DNA of 64,000 nucleotides from Vicugna vicugna. Lineage: Eukaryota. The position numbers were made by a program, and so were the translations under genes. Positions within the stretch are counted from its first letter, which is position 1; every line of letters starts with the position of its first letter. Under the pieces are notes generated by a model. The model was not told the origin of the DNA. It made no database searches and saw nothing but the letters and a program-made list of their open reading frames with translations. Where the stretch lies: contig MU058065.1 in NCBI GenBank assembly GCA_013265495.1, positions 6,758,302 to 6,822,301 on the forward strand. The letters are read 5' to 3'. Of this stretch, positions 38,840 to 51,893 are shown piece by piece.

Positions 38840-41094
38840 TTGTACTAGATTTTGATAAATTTAAGATGTCTGTTGTAACCCCCAGGGTAACTACTAAGAT
38901 ATTAACTTCTAAAAAGTATGGAAAAGGAAAAGAAGAAGGGATCAAAATGCTATGCTAGAAAAATCAATCAAACAGAAAAAAACAGTATTCAAGGACATAA
39001 AGATTTAAGAAATAAAACAAATAGCACAATGGTAGAAATAAGTTCTTCATTATCAATAATAATTTTAAATGTAAATTGATAAGCTCACTTATTAAAAGAT
39101 GGAGATTGGCAGAATAAATAAAAAACTGTGATCCAGCTAGATGCTGCTTACAAGAAACTTTAGCAGCAAAAACATAAATAGTTTGAAAGGGTTGGAAAAA
39201 GATATTCCACATAAATAGTAACCACAAAAGAGCTGGGGTGGCTATACTAGTATCAGGAAAAAAAAAAGATTTTAACTTAAAAGTTGTTACGAGAGATAAA
39301 GAGGAACATTGTATATTGATAAGATGATCAGTTCACTGAGAAGATGTAACAGTTATAAACATATACACACCAAACAACTGAGTTCCAAAATAAGGGAAGC
39401 AAATACTGATGGAACTGAAAGGAGAAATAGCGCTACAATAATAGTTGGAGTTGGCCTTCAATATCTCACCTTAAACAATGAATTGAACATTTAGACAGAA
39501 GACCAGTAAAGAAATAGAGGACTTGAAGAACACTATAAATCAACTAAAGCTAACATACATATACAGAACATCCCACACAACAACAGAAGATAAATATTCT
39601 CTTCAAGTGTACATAAAAGATTCTCCAGGATAGACCGTATGTTAGGCCATTAAAAAACTCAATAAATTTTAAAAGATGGAAATCATACAAAATATTTTCT
39701 CCAACCACTACAGAATGAATCTAGAAATCAATAGTAAAAGGAAAACTGGAAAATTCACGAATGCATGGAAATTGAGCAACATACTCTTTTAACAATCAGT
39801 ACATCAAAGAAGAAATCACTAGGGAAATTAGAAAATACTTTGACATGAATGAAAATAAAAATATACCAAAACTTATGGGATGAAAGCAGTGCTCAGAGCG
39901 ATATTTGCAGATCAACACCCTAATTCTACACCTTAAGAAACTAGAAAAAGAAGAGCAAATGAAATCCAAAGCTGGCAAATGAAGGAAATGATAAAATTCA
40001 AAGCATAGATAAATAGAAAATAGAAAAATAGAGAGAACCAATGAAACCAAAAGTTCTTTTCTTTAAAAAGATCCAACAAAATTGAGAATTTTTTAGTTCA
40101 AACTGTGTAAGAAAAAAAGAGAAGCTGCAAGTAACTGAAATCAGAAACAAAAATGAAGACCTTATAGAAATTAAAAAGATTATGAGAATATTATGATCAA
40201 TTGTATATCAACAACTTATATAATGTATATGATGTGAAGTAGTTTTTAGAAACATACCAATTACCAAAACTCAATCAAGAAGAAATAGAAAATATCAACA
40301 GACTTCTAACAAGTAAAGATACTGAATCAGGAATGAAAAACCTCCCAAGAAAGAAATGTCCAGGAACAGGTGGCTCCATTAGTGAATTCTGCCAAACATT
40401 TAAAGAATAATTAATACCAACTCTATCCTACTCTTCCAAGAAACAGAAGAGGAAGGAAAACTTCCTAACACATTCTATGAAGCAAGAATTACCTTGATAC
40501 CAAAGCCAGACAAAGATACCACAAGAAAAGCAAACTATAGGCCAACATCTTTTACGAATAGAGATATAAAAATCTTCAACAAAATGCTAGCAAACCCAAC
40601 CCAATAGCACATTAAAAGGACTGTATACCACAACCAAGTAGAATTTATTCCAAGAATGCAAGGTGGTTCAACATAAGAAAATCAATGTGATACATCACAT
40701 TGACAGAATAAAGGAAAAGAATAAAGAACATCTCAATAGATGTAGGGAAATCATTTGAAAAATTACAGCACCTTTTAATGAAAAATACAGTACCTTTTAA
40801 TCATTTAATAATAATGAAACTAGGAACAAAAGGGAATTTCCTTAACATGATAATGGACCTTTATGAAAAAACCCACAACTAACATCATATACAATTATGA
40901 AAGACTGAAAGCTTTTCCCCTCAGATCAGGAACAAGACAAAGATGTCTGCTTTCACCATTGCTATTTGGCGTTTTATTGGAAGTCCTAGCAGAGCAATTA
41001 AGCAATACAAATAAAGACATCCAAATTGGAACATAAGAATTAAACTATCTCTATTTGTGGATAACATGATTCTATATACAGAAAATCCCATAGA

Positions 41095-41138
<44 letters not shown>

Positions 41139-42020
41139 GCTGGAGCTAATAAATTAATTTTATTAAAATTTTAGGGTAAATATCAACAACAGAAAACTCA
41201 GTTACATTTCTATACACCAGCAATAAACAATCTGAAAAAGAAATGAAGAAAACAATTCCATTTCCAACAGCATCTAAAAGAATAAATTACCCAAGAATAA
41301 GAATAACCAAGGAGAAAAACTAAAAAATCTATAAAACATTGCTAAAAGAAATTAAGGAAGATCTAAATCAATGGAAAGACATTACATGTTCATGAATTGA
41401 AAGACCTAATATTGTTACATTCTCCAAAGCAATCTATAGTTTCAGTGAAGTTCCTACCAAAATTCCAGTGGCCTTTTTGCAGGAATGGAGAAGCCAGTCC
41501 TCAAATTTATAGGGAAATGCAAGGGCCTCTAAATAGCCAAAACAATATTTTTTAAAAAAATGGGACAACTCACACTTCCTGGTTTCAAAACTTAGTACAA
41601 AACTACAGCAATCAAAACAGTGTGGTACTGACATAAAGACAAACACACAGAGACTGATGAAATAGATTTGAGATTTCAGCAATAAACCCAACATCTATGG
41701 CCAATTGACTTTTGACAAGGGTGCAAAGACCATTCAGTGGGGGAAAGAAGAGCCTCTCTTTAACAAATTGTGCTGGGATAATTGGATAACCTCATGCAAA
41801 AGAATGAAATTGTACCCTCACCTCACTCTATGTACAAAAGACAAATTCAAATTGGATCAACAATCTAATTACAAATACCAACACTATAAAACTATTAGAA
41901 GAAAATATAAGGGTAGAATCTTTATGACCTCTGATTTGGCAATGGATTCTTAGACTTGACACTAAAAGCAGAAGCAACAAAAGAAAAAATATATGAATTG
42001 TTTTCCATCAAAATAAAAAA
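38840..42020 (+). mobile_element. ~3.2 kb dead L1 ORF2 remnant (endonuclease, RT and C-terminal regions)
   Basis: A-rich sense strand. ORF fragment 41705..41953 (TFDKGAKTIQWGKEEPLFNKLCWDNW...) is clearly L1 ORF2p. RT-region DNA 'agatcaggaacaagacaaagatgtctgctttcaccattgctatt' and 'ctatttgtggataacatgat' (decayed FADD). Many stops and frameshifts. Confidence 0.95.
41097..41134. repeat. (AC)19 microsatellite inside the L1
   Basis: Perfect dinucleotide run, counted directly. Confidence 0.95.
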
Positions 42021-42514
42021 ACTTATGATAGACATATACAAGCTGTGCCTGCAAACCTGAGATGACTCAGCCAAGAACTGTCATTAAATATAGTCAGCTG
42101 GAAGTCTAAATATGAATAATGCAATTAGTTATGCTATTTATAGGAAATTAGTGATTTATTTAAACTTTAAGTGGTTTCATGTGCCTCCCAAGATGTTATC
42201 TGCTTTAGAAAATCACATATATCCTCTAATTTTGACATAAAAAGAGAAACACATCACTTTTATTAATAGACAGTTTTTCCTCATCTTTACTGAATAAATG
42301 TTGAGTTGAAGAAATGCCAAAATTATTTATTTGCCTGGGATGCTCTCAGGTCTTGGTCCAGTTCTGACAGGAGGAGCAAATGTGACAGGGAGATCAAGAG
42401 GGTAGGAGATGACAGTTTGCTCTGGGTAGAGTAGCAGAGATGAAGAGAATTGGGTGTTTTTGAGAGTTATTTCAGTGAAGGAATCAAAAAGTTCTGGTGA
42501 TGGATTGACTAGGT

Positions 42515-43080
42515 GCTGCGTTAGTTTTCTATGCTGAGTAACAAGTTACCAGAAACTTAGTGACCTAAAATAGCACCCATTTATTAGCTCACAGTTTCTA
42601 TAGGTTAGAAGTCCAGGCACAGCTTGAGTGGCTCCTCTGCTCAGGATCTCACCAGACTTTAATCTGGGTGCTGACTGGGGTGAGGTCTCATCAGAGATTC
42701 AGCTGGGGAAAGATCCACTTCCAAGCTCCCTCAGATTGTTAGCAGAATACATCTCCTTGCAACTGTAGCACTGGGGTCCCCATTTTATGGCTGTCAGGCC
42801 CTTCCTTCATGGTTCCTTGACAAATATGACAGCTTAATTCTTTAAGGCCAACAAGGATGTCTCTCTCACTTCAGTCTGCAGGATGGAGTCTTATGCTGCA
42901 ATCATGGGAATGATAGCCTGTCACCCTTCCATTGTAGCACAACCTAAACAAGAGGCTGACGTCCGTCACCTTGGCCATATTCTACTGATTAGTTGCAAGT
43001 CACTGATTCTGCCTCAAGGGAAAGGGATTAATACAAAGTCACAGGTCAGTGGAGGGGTATCACTTTAGAGTGTGTCCCGC
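42515..43080 (-). mobile_element. MaLR solo LTR (MLT1E/F-like), apparently inserted in an L2 fossil
   Basis: 'ttagttttctatgctgagtaacaagttaccagaaacttagtgacctaaaatagcacccatttattagctcacagtttct'. L2-like sequence flanks it at ~42370-42510 and ~43120-43720. Confidence 0.8.
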
Positions 43081-43984
43081 ATAGATAGATAAGGGAAGGC
43101 AAAGTGCCAGCTCTAACAACTGGGATTTTTGCCTTGAGCAGATGGGTGGAAATTATGTCATTGATTGAGATGAGAGCATGGAGGAGCATGTTGGTTGAGG
43201 GTAGATCTTGAGCTCAACTGTTTTCATTTCTGGTTAAGCTGCTCAAGGGCATGAAGGATTTCTATTCTGTTTTTCGTTCTTTATCTAGTACCTGATATAG
43301 TTCCTGACACATAGAAGGTGCTCAATAGAATGAAAGAACAGATGAATGAATGAATCTGTGAGACATCCAAGAGAAGGTAGTGATGAGCCGATATCTCCTG
43401 GAGGTCACTGGTGTCTGTACAGTGATGAACACACTGCCATGGATGGGGCTGCCTAGGTAAGAGGGCAGAAGGAAGAGTGCAAGTATCTCAGGACTGAGTG
43501 CTGGGAGCTTCAGTGCCAAGAGGTTAGGCTAGAAAGGAAACGTTGCCAAAGGATACCAAGAAAGGATAAGCACAAGAGTATGGTGCCAAAGTCTCCTAAG
43601 AAGCTGAGACAGGACTGAGAGGTGTCCATGGGGAGAACTGGTTTTGGTGGACTGGTAGGGCTGAGGAGTGGACAGGAGGCGAGGCAAGAGAGGGCAAGCT
43701 GACAGTTCTTTCTAGAAGTCTGGCTGTTGCGGGGGAGACATTTAGAGATAACTGGAAAGAGATGTCATCCTCCAGAGATCAGCCAGGTTCTGACGCTGAG
43801 AGAGGGCAGTGCAAGGAGGTGCTGGGGCTGGGCCAGCTCTCTGGGTCAGAGCGGGAGAGATCATCTTCTCCGCCTGTCTTGTGCTGTTGCTTTTATACTG
43901 CTTTCTCTATCGTGTTTTTTTTTTTTTTATAGTCACGCTAACACATTTCTTTAAGAATAAAGAATATGCTCAAGAGGTCTCTTT

Positions 43985-44186
43985 ACTTCCCTTTCTCGCC
44001 TCCTCTCCCCTTCCTTCTTCCTCCTCCCAAATCTTTCTGTCCGGAACTTATTTCCTTCTTTCCTTCCCCCTTCCCCCTTTCCTTTCCTTTCCTTCTTTCT
44101 CTCTTTCCTTTCTTCTTTCCTTCCTTCCATGTCCTTCCATTTCCTCCCTCCCTCCCTCCCTCCCTGCCTTCCCTCCCTCTATTCCT
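43985..44186. repeat. Polypyrimidine (CT-rich) low-complexity tract
   Basis: ~200 bp almost entirely C/T on the + strand (ccttt, ttcc and tccc units). Confidence 0.9.
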
Positions 44187-44559
44187 ATGGAAGAGGCTTG
44201 AACAGTTTTCACTGCAGATGAGTAGGCTGTAGGAGAGAAGGAGAGGCTGAAGATAAAGCTAAGATTAATGGTGTGAAGCTTGTTAGAAAACGGTGGGGAG
44301 ATGGACCCTAGGGCACAAACTGGCTTTGGGGTGGCCAAGGGACAGCACTCCCACTGTGGTAGGAGGAAGGAGGAAGGCATGGGGTGGGTTCAGTGATAGT
44401 GTTGGTTTAGAGTCAGGAAGTAGAGAAGGTTTCCAGGGCTCAGGTCCAATTGTCTTCTGTATCCACCCAATCCCTGAGACACCACTTTTCACATGATAAA
44501 CTTAATATTTGTTGAAGAAAAGAATCTGCACAGAAATCCTCTAAAGGACAGCATAAATA

Positions 44560-45560
44560 ACAAATGTCTTCCTTGATTTTTCAAAATGAAATACTTGTTG
44601 ACTTTAGTTATCATATAGGTAACACATCCTCCTTATAAAAAATGTAAATAATATAGAAGATTTCCCTTGAAATTCTCCCCTACAGAGATGAGCATCCACC
44701 CTGCCAGTAGGTTACATATTAAACAAAAGAGGATCACCTTACACATGGAATTACTGTGAGTGGTTTTTCTCACTTTAACATTATATCCTTTGTGTCAATA
44801 TGTAAAGACCATCCTTATCTTTCATAACACCTGCTTGGTATCCATAACACCTCTGAGTCTCATACATTTATTTAACAAAAACCCTTTGATAAGCATTTAG
44901 GTTGTTACTATTTTATCAGTACAACTTTGCACACCAGCACCATTATTTTCTTAAAATAAATTTAGAGGAGGGCAGCACATATGCGCATTTCATATTTTGA
45001 TACTTATCTCCATTGCCCTCCAAAGGGCTTCTATCAACAGGATGTCAGGGTGCCTGTTTCCACATGGTCTTGCCAACAACTGGCTATTAGAAATCTTTTT
45101 AATCCTGTCTATCTATGTGAAAAATGAATCTCAATTTAATTTGCTTGTCTCTGATTATTAGTGACGTTGGACATCTTGAATATGAACTTTGGCTATTTGC
45201 AAGTCTTCTATGGAGTGCTTCTTCGAGTCTTTTACTCATTTCCTATTTGGCTTGTAATTTTCTTATCTATTTCTAAGTAATCTGTGGTTTAATAATACTA
45301 CTTTCTCCGTTGTGTTGCAAACATTTTTTCCATTTTGTAGTTGTCTTTTAGCTATGCTGTTGATTTGCTTTGCTACGTAGAGATTTTACATTTTCATGTC
45401 AGTTTTCTTAATCTTTTTTTTAAAAGTGGTTTTTGTCATTGGCATAGTGCTAAGAAAGCTGTCACATCAAAATTATTGAAAAAATATTGTTTTCTCTATT
45501 ACTTTGTAGTTTCTCACTTTTTATTTAAAATTTTATCCATTTCTACTTATTTTTAATTAG
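44560..45560 (-). mobile_element. Decayed L1ME-like fragment
   Basis: 'gcatttaggttgttactatttt', 'tttaatttgcttgtctctgattattagtgacgttggacatctt'. Confidence 0.7.
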
Positions 45561-46849
45561 AAGGACACTATAATATTATATGCTAGTCACTTCCTTAGAA
45601 GTAATCACTGTTATTTGATTAAGGTCTGTCCTTTCAGATTCCTGTATGTTCCTATGAAGATACACACACACACATATTCAACATGAGAGGAAGGGGAGCA
45701 GGTAGTGGATAGACAACTGCAGTGTCTGCCATGTGGGAATGTGTGGATCTGCAGAGAGGAGCAGAGATAGGAGACCATCTGGCCCCAAAGAGATGCTGCA
45801 GTGGGAGTCATATCAGGCTCTCAGCTCCAATCCCTAAGTGACAAACTATACTTCGTTTCCTGTTCTTGCGAGTTGGCAAGATTGCCTGTTGTATTATTTC
45901 CATAAACCCACTGTTGATATGAGCTTGTGGGAGTGGGTTTCTATTCGTTATACCCATGAGTGGAGTTTTTGATACAGGTTAAAGTGTGTTTTCTAGTTTG
46001 TTCTTTACAGCAGTTATTATAATCCTTATTTTACATATGAGGAAAAAGAAATTCTGTGGTTAAGTTGCTCAACTTCATGTGACTTTAACCTAAGTTTTCT
46101 GACAACTAATATATTCTTTATGCTGTCTCTGTATTTCTAGGAGGATCCTCTTTAAAGGGGGAGTGTTTATTCCTTAAATAGCAACAAGAGGACAAAGGAA
46201 TAAATACATGAGAGATGGAGTTTCCCTTGGGGCCTGTCAATGTCAGACATCAGCTCTGTCCCTGGCTTATGTCAAAAGGCAGGAGGCAGCCTGACCCTCT
46301 CACGCATCTGGGTTTCAGAGACCTAGGGAATGTTTAGTTTTCTGCTTGCCCACTTCCCAACTTTATGCGTGTAATTGATTTTTCTGACTACAATTTAATG
46401 TGGCTGGAGGATGTGAGACATTCAAGTTACAGATCTGTTTGAGAAGCATGAGAAAAAGCAAGAGCCTTCTTCCCTTCTCACGCCAGAGTTGCTCCATGGG
46501 TGACCTCACCCAGGCAAGGCTTTAACCACCACCAAGACTGTGCTGACTCTCAACATGTTGATTCATCCTGGTCAAGCAGAAGTCATTATCTCCTTTCCCT
46601 AAACCTAACTTTTTCTTTCATTCCCCATTCCCCATTGGTAAATGATGGAACCATCTATGCAGTCATGCCAAGAAGTCACCACCCCCACATGCAAACCCTC
46701 GCCATGTTATGGAGACTGTTTCCTCTACATCACGCTGTAATATGCCCCCTTTCCTTCCCAGAATGCCTCAGTTCAGGCCTTCATTCTCTTTTAGTGGGTG
46801 GTGGCTGCCATCTCCTGGACTTGGTGTTTTCCAAGCTTGTTGGAAAACT

Positions 46850-46980
46850 TGGAGTTCTTGTTTATCATCTAGATTCCCAGGCCCTTCCCTGGACGCTGAG
46901 TCAATAGGCCTGGGGTGGGGCCCTGGAATCCGTACGCTTAATAAGCATCCCAGGCAATTCTTCTGAGCAATGGGCGGCAC
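46850..46980. mobile_element. MER5-like hAT fragment within L2-like sequence (~46590-47440)
   Basis: 'agattcccaggccc...ctgagtcaataggcctggggtggggccctggaatccgtacgcttaataagcatcccaggcaattct'. Confidence 0.7.
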
Positions 46981-47979
46981 TGGTACCTCACTGGTCTCCG
47001 TGCTTCAGGTCTCTCTCTTGTCAATCTAGCCCTGCTCTGCTGTAGGAGTATCTTCCTAAAATGTACCAGAGGCTCTTTATCTGCAGCATGAAACTCAGAC
47101 TCTGTGACGTGACAAACAGGGTGTGATTCGGTCATTGCCTTCCACTCTAGTCTTATTTTCTGCCTTCCCTGGGATCTAAATCCAAACTGTGTGTCAAATT
47201 TGAGGATCCCATTGCTTTTCCATTGCTCAGTGCCTTTGCATGTGTTTTCTTTCTGCCTAGACAACCCTCCTTCCCCAGTTCTACCTGGAAAACTCCTATC
47301 CATCCTGCAAGACCCAACTCAAATGTTCCCTCTTCCCTGACATTTCCTTACCCCCTTTGGAGCTTGAGCATATGTTTACTGTTGCAGTTACCTCATTGAA
47401 GCCTCTATTGCAGTCTCTAAGTAGGTGCTTGTTAAACAACTGTTGAAAAAAGATAACTTTTCCTATGAGAGAGAAAATTTAGTGAAAGCAAATAGGACAA
47501 TTTCCAGGAAAATATTGTTTCTACTCTTTACCATGTGAGTCTAAACTCTATAGAGTTTCTTACTGTAAAATGTAGTTGTTATTCTGTTTACATTTATAAG
47601 GTCAATATATTAAACTCTATAATAATAGTCAACATTTACCTGGTGCCCACCTTGTGCTAAAAACTTTGCATTCACCACTTTACTTATTTTAAGGATGAGA
47701 AAACTGAGGCTCAGAGGAGAATTAATGAGCCCAAGATCACAAAACTGGTTGTGGTGGAATTGGTACAATGCTATTCTGCCTCTTCCAGAGATTTATGTAA
47801 TAACCACTAGGAAAACCATACGTGTCTGGGATAAAACATCCCTGTACTGAGGGGTGCAGGTAATGTGAAGCAGTATGGGCATGAGACAATAAGGAAGGGT
47901 GGGAAGTGTGGCAAACTGGAGGGTGTACACCCTGCTTTAAAGGAGTTAGCCAAGACTGAGTGCCAGCTGATCTGCCTCC

Positions 47980-49630
47980 CCAGCATTTTATTGTGAAAAA
48001 TTTCAAATGCAAAGCAAAACTGAAAGAATTTACAGGGTATACCTGTCTATCTACTGCCTAGATTCTACTACAAACATTTTACTTATCTCATATCTATCCA
48101 TTTGGCCATCCTTATATTCATTCATCCATTTTATTTTTTTAAATACATTTCAAGGTAAATTGCAGACAGCAGTACACCTTTCCCTAAATACATCAGTATG
48201 TGTAGCATTAACTAGAGGTTAATATTTGTTTATAAGTTTTTCTTTTGCTGTAAATTTTTTCCTTCTTTTTCCTTTTCTTTCTTTTTGCTGTAAAAGTTAT
48301 ATACAATGAAGTGCATAGATCTTCGGGGTATATTTACTAAGTTTTGACAAATACGTGCTCCTGTTATCTCAACCCCCATTGAGAAATATCCCCAATATAG
48401 AAAACACCACCATCACTCCTAAAAGTGCCCTCATGTCCCTCCCCAGTTTGTCTCTGCATCCATCCCCCCGAGGTAACAACTGTTTTGATTATTTTTCGTC
48501 ATAGATTAATTTTGCCTGTTCTACAATTCTATAAAAGCAGAACCTTACAGTATGTCCTCTTTTGTGTAAGACTTCTTTCACTCAGCATAAAGTTTTAAAG
48601 ATACATCCAAGTTGTTGAGTGTATCAGTGGTTCTTTCCTTTCTGTTGCTGAGAAGCATTCCATTGCATTTGGGTAGGAATATGCCACAGTTTATCCATCC
48701 TTCTATGGGTGGACACTTGGGCCATTTCTAGTTTTGGGCTATTATGAATAAAGCTATTAATATTTTTGTACAAATACTTTTGTGAACATGTATCTTCACT
48801 TCTACTTGGTATAGTCTTAGAAATGGAATTGCTGGGTCATAGAGGAGGAGTATATTTAGCTTTATAAGAAACTGTCAAAACTTTTACCTGATTGGTTGTA
48901 CCATTTTACGTTCCCATCAACAATATACGGAAGTTCTGGTTGCTCCACAACCTCACCAGCACTTGATATTATTACTCTTTTTTATCCTGAGTCATTCTGG
49001 TGCTTGTGTAGTGGTATTTCCATTACGGTTTTATTTGTATTTCCATGATGACCAACAATGTTGAACACTTTTTCATATACACATTGGTTATTTATATATT
49101 GCCTTTTGTGACATATCTGTTCACATCTTTGTCCATTTTGTGGGGGTTGTTTGTCTTTTATTATTTTTGGAATGCTTTGTATACCCTGGCTGCCAGTCCT
49201 TTGTCACATATATGTTTTGCAATTTTTTTTTCAGGCTGTGGCTTGTTTATTATTTTTCCAATGGTGTCTTTTTGATGAGCAGGAATTAAAAAATTTGACA
49301 AAGTCTAATTAAAAAAAAATGAAACGTTATTGCATTCCTTGATTTGTAAAAACAATTTTCCTACCCCCAAGTCATGATATTCATCCACATTTTCCTCTAA
49401 AAGCTTTGCAGTTTTAGCTTTTACAGTTGGGCCTATGATTCATCTCAAAATAATGTTTGTGTATAATGCTGGAGTCAAAGTTTATACTTCTCTCATATCT
49501 AGTTATTCCGCCACCATTTTCTGTGTAAAATTTTCCTTTCCTTATTTGATTGCTTTGGTACTTTTTTTGAAAATCAAATGATGGTGTGAGTGTGGTTCTA
49601 TTTCTAGGATCTCTTTTCTGTACCAACTTC
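47980..49630 (-). mobile_element. Old L1 (L1MC/MB-like) 3' region
   Basis: 'ttttattgtgaaaaatttcaaa', 'ttctttcactcagcataa', 'tttgggctattatgaataaagct', 'gaaatggaattgctgggtcatag'. Confidence 0.9.
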
Positions 49631-50828
49631 AGCTGATTTTTTGCCATGGGCTCAGTATTACCCTATCTTCCAAATTTTAGAAGAGAGCATAGAGATTCAG
49701 ATTTTTTTTTAAATGTGAAAAAGTCTAAATTGTAATAAGTGGAAAATCAATTCTAATTAAAATGAACAAACAAGGAAACCAACCTTGTGTAGCCAAGGAA
49801 ACTCATCTGCAGGCTGATTGGATCTGCGGAATTGGAGCTGGGAGAGGTAATTTGAGCAGGAAGCTGGTTATACTATGTATATTCAAGTATAAATCAAGGG
49901 CCTTATAGTAAGTGAAAGGAAACAGGAATGTTGCCAGGACAAGTAGTTGGGTTTCAATATTCCAGGCGAGTCAATGAGAATTCACTGCCAGGATGAGTTT
50001 AAAACCCAGGGTGTGGGGTTTCTTTGGTGCCTAGGAGAGTAGGGGAGGACATTTGTGGAGATATTTGGAATAGCATCTAGAAACAACACAGACAGAGGGC
50101 CTAGTGGGAGAAGAGGAGAGGCCAGGACGCCCTGGATTGTGGTGGAGGGACTGAGACTGTAGGCAGCTAGACAGACCAGTGACCGGAAATAGACAAGGAC
50201 CAAGAAAGTCCAGGGTGAGTGGATTTGGAGTCAAGGGTCTGGATTGACGCGAACTAAGAGAAGCAACAGGTCTCTGGCCCTGGACCCCAGAAGATGCTTC
50301 CTGGAGTTGGCTTTCTGAATGGGAGATGAGACAGCAGACATACAGCTGCAGATGCCAGAGCTTCAAGGATGGCTCCCAGAAGCACCACATACTTCCCACC
50401 CCCATGGTTAAGTTATTCATTTTTAACATGTTAAGATTGTATTTCACATTTAAAACTTCTAAGGGGACCCACGTCACATGTTTCAAAAATAAAAAAATAT
50501 TGAAAGCTATTAATGAAAAGTCTTCCTCCCACCTGTCTCCCATCTGCCCAGTTCCCATCTCCAACCTCTCCGCCCCCAAGTAAACATTTGTGCCGTTTAT
50601 TTGTACCGCAACCAAGGATACTACTTTGGCAGCCACGTCTGTCAGACAGAATGTTGATTATGCTGATTGAGACCCGGGATAGAGCTTGGTGCAGCTGGCT
50701 GCATGCAAGAGAAAAGGAGCGAGGGTGTGTTAAAGACAGAAGTTTGTTAGCACTTGCTAGAACCTCCCCTCATCACTATGTAAGAGAGCGCCATCAGGAA
50801 AGGGATCATTCTAACCAACATGGTGCTG

Positions 50829-51354
50829 GTTACAGGCTGAATGTTTGCGTCCCTTCAAAATTCTTTTTGTTTTTTGAAGAATAAAACACTTTAATGGAGA
50901 TCACTTCCTGTGGTTACATTTTAGTAGAATTAGAAAAAAGTAACAAAAGTTGTAGTATAAACAAAGTGGTCTTCCCCAGACATTGAATCTGCCAGGACCA
51001 TCAAAATTCGTGTGCTGAAACCCTAGCCTCCACTGTGGTGGTATTTGGAGCTGGGGTCTTTGGGAAGCAATTAGGTTTAGATGAAGTCATTAGGGTGAGG
51101 CCCCCATGATGGGATTGGCATCCTTATAAGAAGAAAAGGCCAGAGCGCTTTCTCTCTCTGCCTTGTGAGGACACTTCTAGCTGCAGAGAAGGCAGCGGTC
51201 TGCAAGCAAAGAAGAGAGCTCTCACCAAGCACCTGGCCAGGGCAGCATGCTGATCCCACTTCTGGCCTCCAAAACTGAGAAATAAGTAAATATCTGTTGT
51301 TTAGGCCACTGAGTCTACAGCATTTTATGATGGCAGCGCGAGCTGACTAAAACA
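50829..51354 (+). mobile_element. MLT1A-like MaLR solo LTR, interrupted at 50864-51000
   Basis: 5' part 'ttacaggctgaatgtttgcgtcccttcaaaattc' resumes at 51001 with 'tcaaaattcgtgtgctgaaaccctagcc...ggtttagatgaagtcattagggtgaggcccccatgatgggatt' and ends 'gctgactaaaaca'. Confidence 0.85.
50864..51000 (-). pseudogene. Short retroposed polyadenylated RNA 3' end, source unknown
   Basis: 9-bp direct repeats tcaaaattc (50855-50863, 51001-51009), a T-tract at 50864-50875, and ATTAAA on the - strand (50890-50895) 14 nt from the tail. Confidence 0.65.
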
Positions 51355-51878
51355 GTGTTGGAGGACCAAAAAGTGAGCTCTAAGAAAACTGTCAAAGGAT
51401 TTCCAGTTTTCTTAAATGTACTTTTTAATTGCTTTGCCAGGTGTGTCTAAGTGTGCTGTGTTTAAAAGTGTGGGTTCACGCAAGGAGGCTGAAAACCACT
51501 GGTCTGAAGGAAGAGTCTGTGGAGTAAGGGGGGGATGGCCACGGGGACAGGACTATTAGGTGCCTGAGGCATGTGACCAGTTGAGATATGGCCACATGAG
51601 TGATGAACTTCAACTGGTCATCTCAAATCATGCCCACCCCTCCGGCAATTGCTAAACTCTCATCTTGGGAGGATGTTAAAGGGAGAATGAATGAATGCGA
51701 AAAGGTTTGCAGACCTTAAAGGGTGGTGTTAGGTTCTACATGTTGGCTGCTTAATCCAATTTCCTGGGGGTAGAGGGTATTTTCACAGGAATTATTTCAC
51801 TGCCCACCGCACTGTCCTGGCCCTGCCTGGCCAGGCCGCCTGCCTTCCACCCTGTGTTTAGTTTGATCTGAGGGTAAT

Positions 51879-51893
51879 GCTGCCCTCTTCTGG
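51879..51893 (-). promoter_or_regulatory. CTCF-like motif
   Basis: The - strand reads CCAGAAGAGGGCAGC, in apparently unique sequence. Motif only. Confidence 0.5.

Noticed and set aside
38840..42020. Reverse transcriptase/endonuclease-like coding fragments as a possible novel or domesticated RT system
   Set aside because: Ordinary dead L1 ORF2 with many stops and frameshifts, a decayed catalytic motif and a microsatellite inside the RT region.
43809..44380. F/L/P/S-rich and E/G/R/K-rich ORFs
   Set aside because: Translation artefacts of the CT-rich tract.
50031..50636. 201 aa ORF on the - strand
   Set aside because: No recognisable domain, a non-ATG start and no supporting splice structure.
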